Below are positions 52,441 to 64,000 of a DNA stretch of 64,000 nt, in pieces (the stretch's first letter is position 1; each line of letters opens with the position of its first letter). The notes beneath the pieces are model-generated. The model was not told the origin of the DNA, did no database searches, and was given only the letters and a program-made list of their open reading frames with translations. A program made the translations under genes and the position numbers. Source of the DNA: Octopus vulgaris (taxonomy: Eukaryota). The stretch lies in contig OX597814.1 in NCBI GenBank assembly GCA_951406725.2, positions 92,442,001 through 92,506,000 of the forward strand, in the 5' to 3' direction.

Positions 52441-54217
52441 CGACGGGCTCCAACACAGCTTCTGCTTACGAAATTCACTCAGAAGGCGTTGAGAAAGCAC
52501 TTCTATATTAGAAAAGACTTGGCCAAAGTGCAGTACAGAGGGACTGAACTTGAAACCAGGTGGTTGCAAAGCGAGCTTCTTAACTGCACACAAATAGGCC
52601 TGTATCTTGTGGCCTGTTGCTGGATGTTTGTATTTTATGGGTATGCTGTCGAGTGTGTGCACTATAATCGACTATGTGTCGATTGTGAGCTATAAGTAAT
52701 TGTTTCATACACCAATAGCTTCAGGCAGTAGTGCCAACGAACCAGTGACAGAAGAACGTATGCTGTCGATCCAAATGCTAACCAAATTTCCCTTGCGTTG
52801 CACTAGCAAAGTTCGTCCGTCATGTACTGGAATGCTCGCCGTCGGTGAGAAGTACAGCTGGACAATAACTGACAGTTTTCAACCAAAACAAAATTACCCA
52901 CCTAAGCCCTAACCACCACAAAAATATACTGCATCCTGACTCACAAGAGAGGTTAATATGATAGAAATATGAATCAAATCTCCTTCAAATCACTTTTTCT
53001 TTGAAAATAGGACACATTGAATGAAGTAATTCAAGATACAGTGTCTATGAAAATGTTGAAATGGTCGCGGATAGAACGTATTTAACTATTGATTTGCTTG
53101 ATCTACCCTAACCCTATACTAAACAATAACTACTGGAATGCAAAAATAAACTGGAGAGTGAGAGTAATACGATATTTCCAGACTGACAGAATACACCTCA
53201 TACAATATTGAATTAAATAAAATCTAAGGGAAACAGTGATGGTCTGCAACAGTAAAAAATAATAATAATTAATACAAATAATAAAATCGGAATATATCTT
53301 TTATCGAGGCATAAAATTTATTCTATTGCTTGTTATTTTTTCACCTTATACAATAATTCACAGCGTGAGCGATTCACGGTATGGCTTTCTACAAGACACT
53401 AAGCGAGATGCGACAAGCAGGTAATTCAGTACCACCTCAATTATTGCTTAATTGGTGAGTGACAGAATGAAAGAAACGATAAAATACAAGCCTAAATCCC
53501 GTGTAATTTATAGTTTTGTCCTGTTGTCTGAGCCCAAATCCCGATTCGTTGTCTTTACCTCTGCTTTTCATGCAGACAGGGTTGTGGGGAAAATGTCCTA
53601 TTTATGTACCAAAGTTGTTTAATCGACAGCTCTTCCCCTTTATTGATACACAACGTATATTACTTAGTCTTGAGCTCTCATCTTCTTGATGTGACATGCC
53701 ATATGTCACAATAGGCTGTCACTTTAACATGACGTACGATATGCCTTGAACATATTTCAGGCCTGATAGAGCCCATCACTATCAAGATCTGACCACAGAA
53801 GATTTCTTTCAGAGAGAGACAGAGAGGAATCGACCCAATACAGGTTTATTGATCCCACAAAACGGTGAAAAGCAAGTTTAACCTCAACGAGATTTGAACA
53901 GAGAGCGAGAAGGATTATTGCAAAGCAAACTGTCCGACACTCTAAAAACTTTGCAAGTTGGCTGGCTACACAATGAATATTGGTTTCAAATTATGGCACA
54001 AGGCCAGTAATTTCACGTGATTGGGGTTAGTCGGTTACTTCAACCTCAGTGTCAACTGGTACTTATTTTATCGACCACGAAATGATAAAAGATGAAATAG
54101 ACGCCAACTGCATTTGAACTCAGAATGTAAAGGTGAACGAAATGCCGCTAAGCATTTTGCCCGATGTGCTGACGATTCTGCCAGCTCGCCGTCTGTTACA
54201 GAATGGATATTAACATA

Positions 54218-54590
54218 TCTTCTCTCTATATATAAACGGCAGTTTGTCTGTGTGTGTTTCTGTGTGTCTGTTAGGTTGTACCCTCACCCTGACCACAGCT
54301 TTCAACCGATTCTGATGAAACTTGACACACACATAGCCCAATGTCATAATTCAAAACTAACGCAGCGAAAATTTTGAAAAGTTCCCCCAGTTCTGAAAAA
54401 AATCGATAAATTCGACATGGGGTCGAGAATGAGAAACACAAACCACAGACTGTCTAGGGGACGCAACTCGACCTTTTTAACTAAAAAAAATTTACCATCA
54501 TTTTTTTTCCATTTTTTGGCTATAACTCTCTAAAAATGCTTTATAGTTATTTCCCTCACAAACCCGAGCAACGCCGGGCGATACTGCTAG
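54218..54590 (+). mobile_element. Non-autonomous Helitron, copy 2 of a pair
   Basis: A|TC...CCCGAGCAACGCCGGG...CTAG|T. Confidence 0.85.
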
Positions 54591-54614
54591 TATAGAATAT
54601 TAGCACAATGTTAA

Positions 54615-54870
54615 TCTTCCTCCTCCCACTTCCACTTCCAAACTGGCACAAACGCACGGGCGGGCAGCTGAAGATCTGGGCAACGACGATAAAGGAGGAC
54701 CTCTCCGAACTCTCAGGTCCGCAGGTGATCGGTCTACGCAGATGGAACCGCGAATGGCTCGCTATCTCCAGTGACCTCGCACAGGACTATCGAGCCATGG
54801 TTCGTGATGCCGTCAAGACCAGAGAAGAAGCCGGCTCAGCCCGCCCTGGGTGAACGCCGTCACAAGTAAA
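54615..54870 (+). mobile_element. RTE-clade LINE extreme 3' fragment
   Basis: PNWHKRTGGQLKIWATTIKEDL...W.....DLAQD...VRDAV; ends ...CACAAGTA. Confidence 0.75.
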
Positions 54871-56976
54871 TTAATCTTGCTTTGAAGAAATTTCCCAAAC
54901 TGAAGGATGGCAAAAAATTCGAGCATGTAAACGGAAAGTTGCAAACTAAATATAATGAAATATATGCGGCAGTTTTGTAAACTTGTACACAGATTCATTA
55001 CAAAAATAAAAAGCAAAAAGACTGATCATTTTGTATTTTTTAGTTTTATTTTTTATTGTTCTGATTTATTTCAGTTTTCACTTTCTATTTCTATGAAGGT
55101 GATTTCATTTTCTTTCTCTTCTTAGAAGTCTGCGTCGCTGCTTTTTTATTGATTTCGTTTATTTAATGTGTCACTTAAATCTCAAGCTAGTAGAAGATTG
55201 TCGAAATCAAAATAGTAAATTTTGTTCTTGGCATTAGTAATTACATAACTGCACACTGATTAATACTCTCCTTTGTTCTCTTCACACTGAATTAACATTG
55301 CTGTAGATAACGTATTAAACGAATGAGCAAATGTTCTTTGTCTTGTCTTGACTTCTTTTTATGTGTTAACAAGTTAATTCTTAATATAATTGTATATTTT
55401 TTTGCTTGTATTTTTATTTTGAGGCTTGTTTCTTTTCTCGACTTATTTTATTTGTTTATTCATTTTGGGACTTTACTTTTATTTATTGAACGATTATACT
55501 ATAGATGACTAGCACATTCACACTATTTGGGAAGTATTTTTCTTTGTTTTAAAAAATTTCTTTTCTGAAAGACGCTCAAACTTTAATGAATTATTGAAAA
55601 GCAATTTAAAATGATTTAAAGTTGAAGAAATAAAGATCAAACAGTTTTGCATGATAAATGACATTATACGTATTAATGTTCCTAAATTAGTGACTGTAAC
55701 TCTTTCTTTTTTTTTTCGGAATGAGACTATTGGGCGCTGATGATTTGGAACGACTGGCTGGACATAGAACCTATCTTAGCGGCAGTACATTTTGGCACTG
55801 GAAGTAAATACATGCACACAAGCAGGGATACACTTTCAGAAATATTCACATATAGATAGAGAGGGAGGAGAAGGAGAGGGACAGAGGGGAAAAACAGGAA
55901 AAGCGGGAAAAGCGGGAAGATAGGCAGAGGAGGAGAGAGGGGGATACAGAGAAAGAGAGAGGGAGAGGGAGAAGGAGAGAGAGGGAGAAGGAGAAGGACA
56001 GAGTGAGAGAGAGAGGGAAAGACATTGCAATTTATATACATTGAGATATGCTCACTCATTTCCATCCTTCTGACTGGTACTGCATTAGAATAGCCTACTG
56101 AGTACTTCCTCTAATGTTGCTTGCCAACTTCTGCGTTATTCCACATCCACCAGCCTCTGCTGCCCAGCAAATCAATACCCGAACTCTGATACAGCTCATA
56201 ACAGCAAATCCTGTAAAGCCCTCGCGCCAAAATGCCTGTGCTAAAACGTCTTTTTTTAAATACTATATTTAGTATACTGGGAGGATAGCGAGCTGGCTGA
56301 AGCGCCAAGGTATCTAAGCCATAACCTTCCACATCCCCCTTCTCCTTTCTCTTTCGCTCTCCCACCAACACTTTTTATACACATAAATAGAAATATAGCC
56401 ATACACATAAACGGGGAAAAAGAGAGACAGAGACAGAGAAACAGAGACAGAGCGACAGAGAGTGAAAGAATAAAAGAAACATTAAAATAATTGATATTAA
56501 ATGAGTTAGCGATGAATTAGTGACCCAAATTAGCGGCACAAAAACGGCTGTGCTAAAACATCTATTTTTAAATATTATATTTAGTACACTCAGAGGATAG
56601 CGAGCTGGCAGAAACGCCAGGTTATCTAAAAAGATGTTGCAAAGCATTTGTGCATTTTCCTGGCTTTTCACATTTTGAGTTCAAATCCCGCCGATGTCAG
56701 TCTTACCTTTCATCCTTTCGGGATCGATAAAATAAAGGACCAATAAATCACTGGATCGAATAACCTCTTCCGTCAAAATTGCTAGTTTAGTGCCGAAATC
56801 AGACCACCATATTTAGCAAGCTGAGAAATTTAGTGAACGTCTTCCTTCTAACTAGCAATGTTGTTTCACTTGAATTCCCCCAAAAGAACTACTGGCGTTA
56901 AGCTGTAATCTGGTCGAGGTTTGGCCTATTTTTAACGATCAATAGCAAGAAAAATAATTCCCTATAAACTGTAAGA

Positions 56977-57220
56977 CTGTTGTGTCTGGGGAGAGTCATT
57001 TTCTTCTTGTGCCTTATAATGTAACACACTCACCGGTAAAATTTCCACTTTTTTCTTATTTTTATTTTCCTAAAATTTTTGTTGCGTCTTGCAACTTTTT
57101 CATTGCAAGACGTAGCGAAAATTTTAGGAAAATAACAATAAGAAATAAGTGGAAATTTTACCGGTGAGTGTGTTACATTATAAGGCACAAAAAGAAAATG
57201 ACTCTCCCCAGACACAACAG
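56977..57220. repeat. ~118-bp near-perfect inverted repeat
   Basis: Arms 56977-57094 / 57103-57220; a degenerate hammerhead-like motif lies nearby at 57354-57394 (CCGAAGA..GAAATCACGTGGTC). Confidence 0.9.
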
Positions 57221-57567
57221 AATATGCTTCAACACACGAACTCTTATAAAGAATCTTGCAAACCAAATCCAAAAACGAAATATAAGACTGCATTTTCTAT
57301 ATATTGCATGCGTGTTTAGACTAGTGCCATGCCTGGCAAACGAATCCCCACTACCGAAGAGAACCAATAAGATCGAAATCACGTGGTCTGATAGTCTCGA
57401 ACCTTGGATGGTAGGAATTATCTCCCGCTTGCAATAAATAACGGGTGCAAAAACACACTGAATAAACCAATTAGAGGAGATGTCTTCCTGGGATTAAAAT
57501 AGCAGTATCGTCGTCTCTTAGACGACAGCCACGTCAAATTAGCGATAAACACTACCTATAAGACTGA

Positions 57568-57797
57568 ACGGCGAGCTGGCTGAAACGTTAGCACGCCGGG
57601 CGAAATGCGTAGCCGTATTTCGTCTGCCGTTACGTTCTGGGTTCAAATTCCGCCGAGGTCGACTTTGCCTTTCATCCTTTCGGGGTCGATAAATTAAGTA
57701 CCAGTTACGCACTGGGGTTGATGTAATCGACTTAATCCGTTTGTCTGTCCTTATTTGTCCCCTCTGTGTTTAGCCCCTTGTGGGTAGTAAAGAAATA
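57568..57797 (+). mobile_element. SINE family A, young copy with target-site duplication
   Basis: Near-consensus head and core; TATAAGACTGAACG occurs on both sides (about 57557 and 57798). Confidence 0.85.
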
Positions 57798-58023
57798 TAT
57801 AAGACTGAACGTTAAAGAAAAATTTTCTAATAAAAGGCGCAAGCATGGCTGTGTAGTTAAGAAACTTGCTATCCGACCATGTGGTCTTGTGTTCAGTCCC
57901 ACTGCGTGGCGCCTAGGGCTTCTAATATAACCCCGATCAGACCAAATTGATAAACGGAAACTGCAAGAAACCCATCGTACGCATGTACTATGTATGTATA
58001 TATATATATATATATATATAGCA

Positions 58024-58218
58024 AAGGGTGTACTGACAGGTTCTTGGCTTTAAGGGTGTCGCGAAAGGCCTAGTTGGAGGCTCAACCTTCCGAGTTCTTT
58101 TACAGAGCTTAGAAAAACTGAAGGACCGCTGCAGGGGAATACGTTGAATAAGATCATAATTAACTAATCCTCCTGTTTTTTCTTTAACCCAAAGCCAGGA
58201 ACTTTTCAGCACACCCTC
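58024..58218 (+). mobile_element. Mariner MITE
   Basis: TIRs AGGGTGTACTGACAGGTTCTTGGCTTT / AAAGCCAGGAACTTTTCAGCACACCCT; internal transposase tail LEKLKDRCRG..YVE*. Confidence 0.7.
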
Positions 58219-58398
58219 ATGAATATGTATATGTTACGGTTACTTGCTGTATTGCGTGTTCGTTTCTGTTTTTGCATCTGTGATTTTACTTTTGATCTTC
58301 TATATAAGTGGAGATATTTTCTTCATTTTGTTGCCTTTCTTTCTACGAAATGAGAAGATACATTGCAGAACTGTTATTTTAACGAGTTGTATCAATTT

Positions 58399-58486
58399 AT
58401 CACCCGATGAGACACATCTGCACCACCGGATGCTCCTGAGCCAGTTGTTAAGTGTACCACTCGTGAAGTGTCGAAATTATTGTGAT
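58399..58486 (+). ncRNA. Hammerhead motif with U4C variant core
   Basis: ATCAC-CCGATGA-GACAC..GTGTC-GAAATTAT-T-GTGAT, followed by AATAAA and a short tail into (TA)n. Confidence 0.6.
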
Positions 58487-58529
58487 TAATAAAATTCTCG
58501 TATATTCCATCTTCCGTCTTTCATTTACC

Positions 58530-58586
<57 letters not shown>

Positions 58587-58729
58587 CATATATATATATA
58601 TATATGTATATATGTGTGTATGTATGTATGTTTTTATATATATATATGTATATATATGATATATATATGCATACATACATACATATATACATATATATAT
58701 TTATAAATATGTGTTTCTAAGTATATTTG

Positions 58730-58821
<92 letters not shown>

Positions 58822-59460
58822 GAGATAGATAGATAGAAATTTATATCTTTATGAGGTCTAAAACCGCAAACATTACGTAAATTTTCACTTCGATCTTTTG
58901 CGTAAATTGGCATTGCAAGCAGAGTTGGCACGGAAACAATTGTAATGTATTATTAAAGATGTGCTAAAGAATTTCTTTGTCTTCTTAGAGTTTGGATTGT
59001 GGGGGGGGAGGGATGTGTGTGTGTGTATGGGTGTGTGCGTGTGCGTATTTGTGTGTCTGTGCGTGTATGTATACGTGTATCTTTGCCATTAGTCTGTACA
59101 AATATGTCTATACTCTTCGGAGAATATTTATCTGCATACATGAATTGTTAGTTAAATACCCATAATTATATTAACAACTTCCATAAACATACTTGATTAG
59201 CCTACATTCGAAATTTTACTTTCCTTTAGTACTCATAAGAACACCTACAATTATGTATGTATGTACGTATGTATGTATGTATGTATGTATGTATGTATGT
59301 ATGTATGTATGTATGTATGTATGTATGTATGTATGTGTATACACACACGCACACATACATACATACATGCATACATACATACATACATACATACATACAT
59401 ACATACATACATACATACATACATACATACATACATACATGCATACATACATACATACAT

Positions 59461-59770
59461 AGTTGTTAGCGCAAAAGACCCGCTGTAATGATTTGGGATA
59501 CAGAAGAGAAACTGTACACAGTTGTGGAAATTAGCTGCCCAGCGGATGTTAACATAAAGCTGAAGATCAGTGAAAAACAGATATGTCTAGATATGTAATT
59601 ATATGCATGAGAATACATGCATAAAGCAAAACATACAAATCTACACATACATACAAAATGAAAATACCTTGTTGTTGCTGTAGAAATTCGAATAAAGGAG
59701 CCATGAATCTAGGTTAGAAATCTAGGTTACTCTAATGCGCAAGAAATCTTGAAATAAAACCGGACAATGA
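59461..59770 (+). mobile_element. R4/Dong-like LINE endonuclease fragment and 3' UTR
   Basis: RPAVMIWDTEEKLYTVVEISCPADVNIKLKISEK (degenerate PD..E/D..K nuclease); 3' end CAAGAAATCTTGAAATAAAAC..AATGA; (TACA)n on both sides. Confidence 0.75.
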
Positions 59771-60304
59771 CATACATACATACACATATAAATACATTCA
59801 TACATGCGTACATACATACATACATAAATGTATGCATGCATACATTCATACATGCATGCATACATACATACATACATACATACATACATACATACATACA
59901 TACATACATACATACATACATACATACATACATACATACATACATACATACATACATACATACATACATACATACATGCATGCATGCATACATACATACA
60001 TACATACATATATACGTACATACATACATACATACATACATACATACATACATACATACATACATACATACATACATACATACATACATGCATACATACA
60101 TACATACGTACATACATACATACATGCATACATACATACATACATACATACATACATACATACATACATACATACATACATACATACATACATACATACA
60201 TACATACATGCATGCATGCATGCATGCATACATACATACATACATACATACATACATACATACATACATACATACATACATACATACATACATACATACA
60301 TACA
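59770..60304. repeat. (TACA)n microsatellite; related tracts at 31183-31320, 32213-32325, 59253-59460, 61755-62063
   Basis: Read directly from the sequence. Confidence 0.95.
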
Positions 60305-61074
60305 TTCTAGCGCCTGATATCAAATAAAGTATTAACATTTACAGTATGAAATTAGTAGTTCCAGTTTTCAGTAACTATTGTAATTGTTAAGTATATAAAT
60401 AGGTTGACTTCTTATTACTCTGGCGGTGGTCACATTGATGTAGACAGCTCTGTTGAGATTCTAAATTCGATTAACGTAATGCATAGCTTCTTTGAATCTA
60501 ACGGAGGAATAGCTAAATAAGAATATATATATATATATATATATATACATACATATATACATTGCATATTTATGTACATATGCGAAATAACATTACCCAA
60601 AGTGACTTTCATGATTATTACATTCGTCCTTCAAGGAGGATATCACTATTGTATCTAACAATCCTTCAAAAACTCCACTGTTGTTTACCTTCGTGTTGCA
60701 TTTGATTGAGTAGACCTTTAGTAACAGGAGATCAAAATGTAACCAGCCTATAATTTTCTATATCAAGATTGCATTATCTGATGTGATCTTACGTGTTTTA
60801 AAGGCTGTATTGTGTGATTCAAATAAGATTTTCCTACAATCTAGCAGTTCGAATGACAACTCAATTCTGCCTCATATATATATAAATAAATATATGTGTG
60901 TGTGTGTGTGTGTAGGCGTGACTGTGCGGTAAGAAGCTTGCTTCCCAACCACATAATTCCGGGTACAGTTCCATGCGTGCCACTTTGGGCAAGTGTCTTC
61001 TACCATAGCCTCGGGCCGACCAAAGCCTTGTGAGTGGATTTGGTAGACGGAAACTGAAAGAAAGGCATGTCGTG

Positions 61075-61127
<53 letters not shown>

Positions 61128-61307
61128 GTGTGTGTGTAGGCGTGACTGTGCGGTAAGAAGCTTGCTTCCCAACCACATACTTCCGGGTACGGTTCCATGC
61201 GTGCCACTTTGGGCAAGTGTCTTCTACCATAGCCTCGACCATAGCCTCAGGTCGACCAAAGCCTTGTGAGTGGATTTGGTAGACGGAAACTGAAAGAAAG
61301 GCATGTC

Positions 61308-61412
<105 letters not shown>

Positions 61413-61969
61413 TTTGTGTCTGTGTTTGTCCCCCCACCATCGCTTGACAACCGATGTTGGTGTGTTTGCGTCCCCGTAACTTAGCGGTTCGGCAAATAAG
61501 ACCAATAGAATAAGTACTGGGCTTACAAAGAATAAGTCCTAGGATCCGTTTCTTCGGCCAAAAGGAGGTGCTCCAGCATTGCCTCGGTCAAATAACTGAA
61601 ACGTGTAAAAGAGTAAAAGAGTAAACATGTACACATATATGTGCAAATACACACACGCACATGCGCGCGCACACCTTGAGAACAATCATCGCTGCTATAT
61701 AGACACAGAATGTATTTCTATTTATCTAATGTACATTTCTCTATACAACTATATACGTATGTACGTACGTATGTATGTATGTATGTATGTATGTATGTAT
61801 GTACGTATGTATGTATGTATGTATGTACGTACGTATGTATGTATGTATGTATGTATGTATGTTTGTATGTATATATGTATGTATGTGTGTATGTATGTAT
61901 ATATGTATGTATGTGTGTATGTATGTATATATGTATATATGTATGTATGTATATATATATATATGTATG

Positions 61970-62001
<32 letters not shown>

Positions 62002-62023
62002 TGTATGTATGTATGTATGTATG

Positions 62024-62059
<36 letters not shown>

Positions 62060-63743
62060 TGTATTGGAATGCTTGGAATAAGTTTCTCTCTAGCTAAAAC
62101 CATGGGTCATATATTCACACAGAATTTAGATATATTTTGATTAAACATATGAATGTGACACCGTATGCATATTTAATAAACAAAACATCTACCCTGGCGT
62201 CAACAACCTTATGAAAATAATACGTTGGTATTTATGCATTTTTTTTTTTTTTTTGTATCTGGACGAAATCGGAGGAATATGCGATTATATGCATTGCGTT
62301 TTGCTATTTGTAGGCATCTTTTTTTTTATTGATTCTGCTAAATTGAGTAGCAAAGTTAATTTGAAGAATCGCAATTCAGAAGATAAAGAAATGTAATTGA
62401 GTAGTTTGAAGTCATCTCTCTTACACACAAATTTATGTCACGTGACCTCATTACAAAGAGTCATTTTATTAGTAATTTATGAATTACTTCTTTATGAACT
62501 AAGCTAGGTTATTATTATCTTATATTTATTGTGGCGGTGGGTGGAGGACGGAACTAGTAGGATCGATTTTGGCATATTACTACGGCTAATTTTACTGACA
62601 ATAGAGATACGAAATCCAAATTTGACACTGGCGTGATATGAATTAAGAATACAAATGGACGATATAAAATACATTATCAGACCTCTCATCCAGCCTCCGG
62701 AAATCCGGAATTTCCAGAAATCTGGGAATTCTATGTGGTATTGTGAAATATACTATACCCTGTATGGAGTAAAGAGACACTATTTTTGAAGTTAGTTAAT
62801 TTGCATACGGTGCAAAATTCTGCTTCTAAAGTATATATTTATTTAAACAAAACTCTGCTTCTAAGGTATATTTATTTGTTCCTGTATAGGTTAAGTAAAC
62901 ACATGTTCTTTAACTTTCTTTGTTTGTCATCTTATAATCATTATACAGTACGATATAGTTTATGAATTCTAAGTGGATCGATAGATACGAAACAGACACT
63001 GCTTTAGAAGTGTATAAATGTGAAGTTGTTGAATACAATTTAGTTTTTTAATTCTCATAATCTATTTCATAAGTTGGTTTCAAATTTTGGCACACGGCCA
63101 GCAAGTTTGGTTCGGCGGAGGGAATGATCCGATTACATCCACCCCGATGCTGAACTGGTATTTACTTTACCGACCCCGAAATGATGAAATGTAAAGCTGA
63201 CCCCGGCAGCATTTGAAAATTTATTTTATGTATTAAGTACATATTTAGACTACCTTCATAAAACCAGAAAATCCAGATATTCGAGCTACGTCCGGCTCCA
63301 AACTTGCCGGATATTTGGTCCTGTACTGAGCTTCTATACAGTCTGTGTTTGTGTTTCAAAATCACCATTCGTATGTATTCGTGTTTGTGTTTAAAAATCA
63401 TCATTTGCACAACAGTTGTCCTACAGTGTACATAGGAAAATGAGATACATGTAAATACAGAAATAAAACGTACTTATGGTCTCATAATTTGCATAAGTGA
63501 AGTTAAAATAAGCAAAGAGAATTAATTTAGAATGGCCATTCGCATGCGTTTGAACAACAAAGACGAAGAGGGATTTATTAAATACCATACATGGTCCTAA
63601 ATATGCCCAGATGACTTTTCTACCTTCTCTAGAGATAATTTCAATAAATCAAGAATTTATCGTTTATGTTATATTAGATACCATACATGTGTGTGTTGGA
63701 AAGGAGAGAGTGATAGAAAGCGGAGACTATTGCGTGGATAGAC

Positions 63744-63829
<86 letters not shown>

Positions 63830-64000
63830 GTTTCTTTATTAGCCACACAGGGCCGAACACAGAGGGGACAAAATACAATATAGAGCTTTTCTTTGTGAAA
63901 AAAACAAAAAAGGAGAGAGAAAAATAAAATTTCGATGAAAAGGGATCGTGCATCACAGTAATGTCATAAATGTAAAAAAATAAACAGATTAGGTTTATTT

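Noticed and set aside
59722-60338. Long MYVC/HTYI ORFs, and similar YI, HT, CV, IYLS and poly-I/Y/L ORFs elsewhere
   Set aside because: They are translations of microsatellites.

Overview
AT-rich, repeat-dominated eukaryotic DNA, most likely from an octopod cephalopod (inferred from the tRNA-derived SINE families and the microsatellite load). The only host coding sequence I can support is one minus-strand exon (42114-42310) encoding the N-terminus of a membrane dipeptidase (peptidase M19/DPEP-like). Everything to its left is probably intronic. The rest is transposon debris (SINEs, mariners, hAT-type MITEs, Helitrons, RTE and R4/Dong-like LINEs, a Gypsy integrase) and microsatellites; most predicted ORFs are repeat artefacts. 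Two things stand out. (1) A 1.67-kb GC-rich insert without a long ORF (739-2409) is bracketed by the two halves of the 28S rDNA R2 target site and has a degenerate HDV-like ribozyme fold, a six-copy 25-nt motif and a structured 3' end. It looks like a long non-autonomous R2 passenger that landed outside rDNA, inside a SINE. (2) A dense set of short foldback elements, mostly in (TA)n tracts, carry hammerhead ribozyme motifs in a Penelope-like pLTR architecture; two have tRNA-derived heads and are candidate Penelope-mobilised SINEs. All structures were read by eye; nothing was searched or folded computationally.
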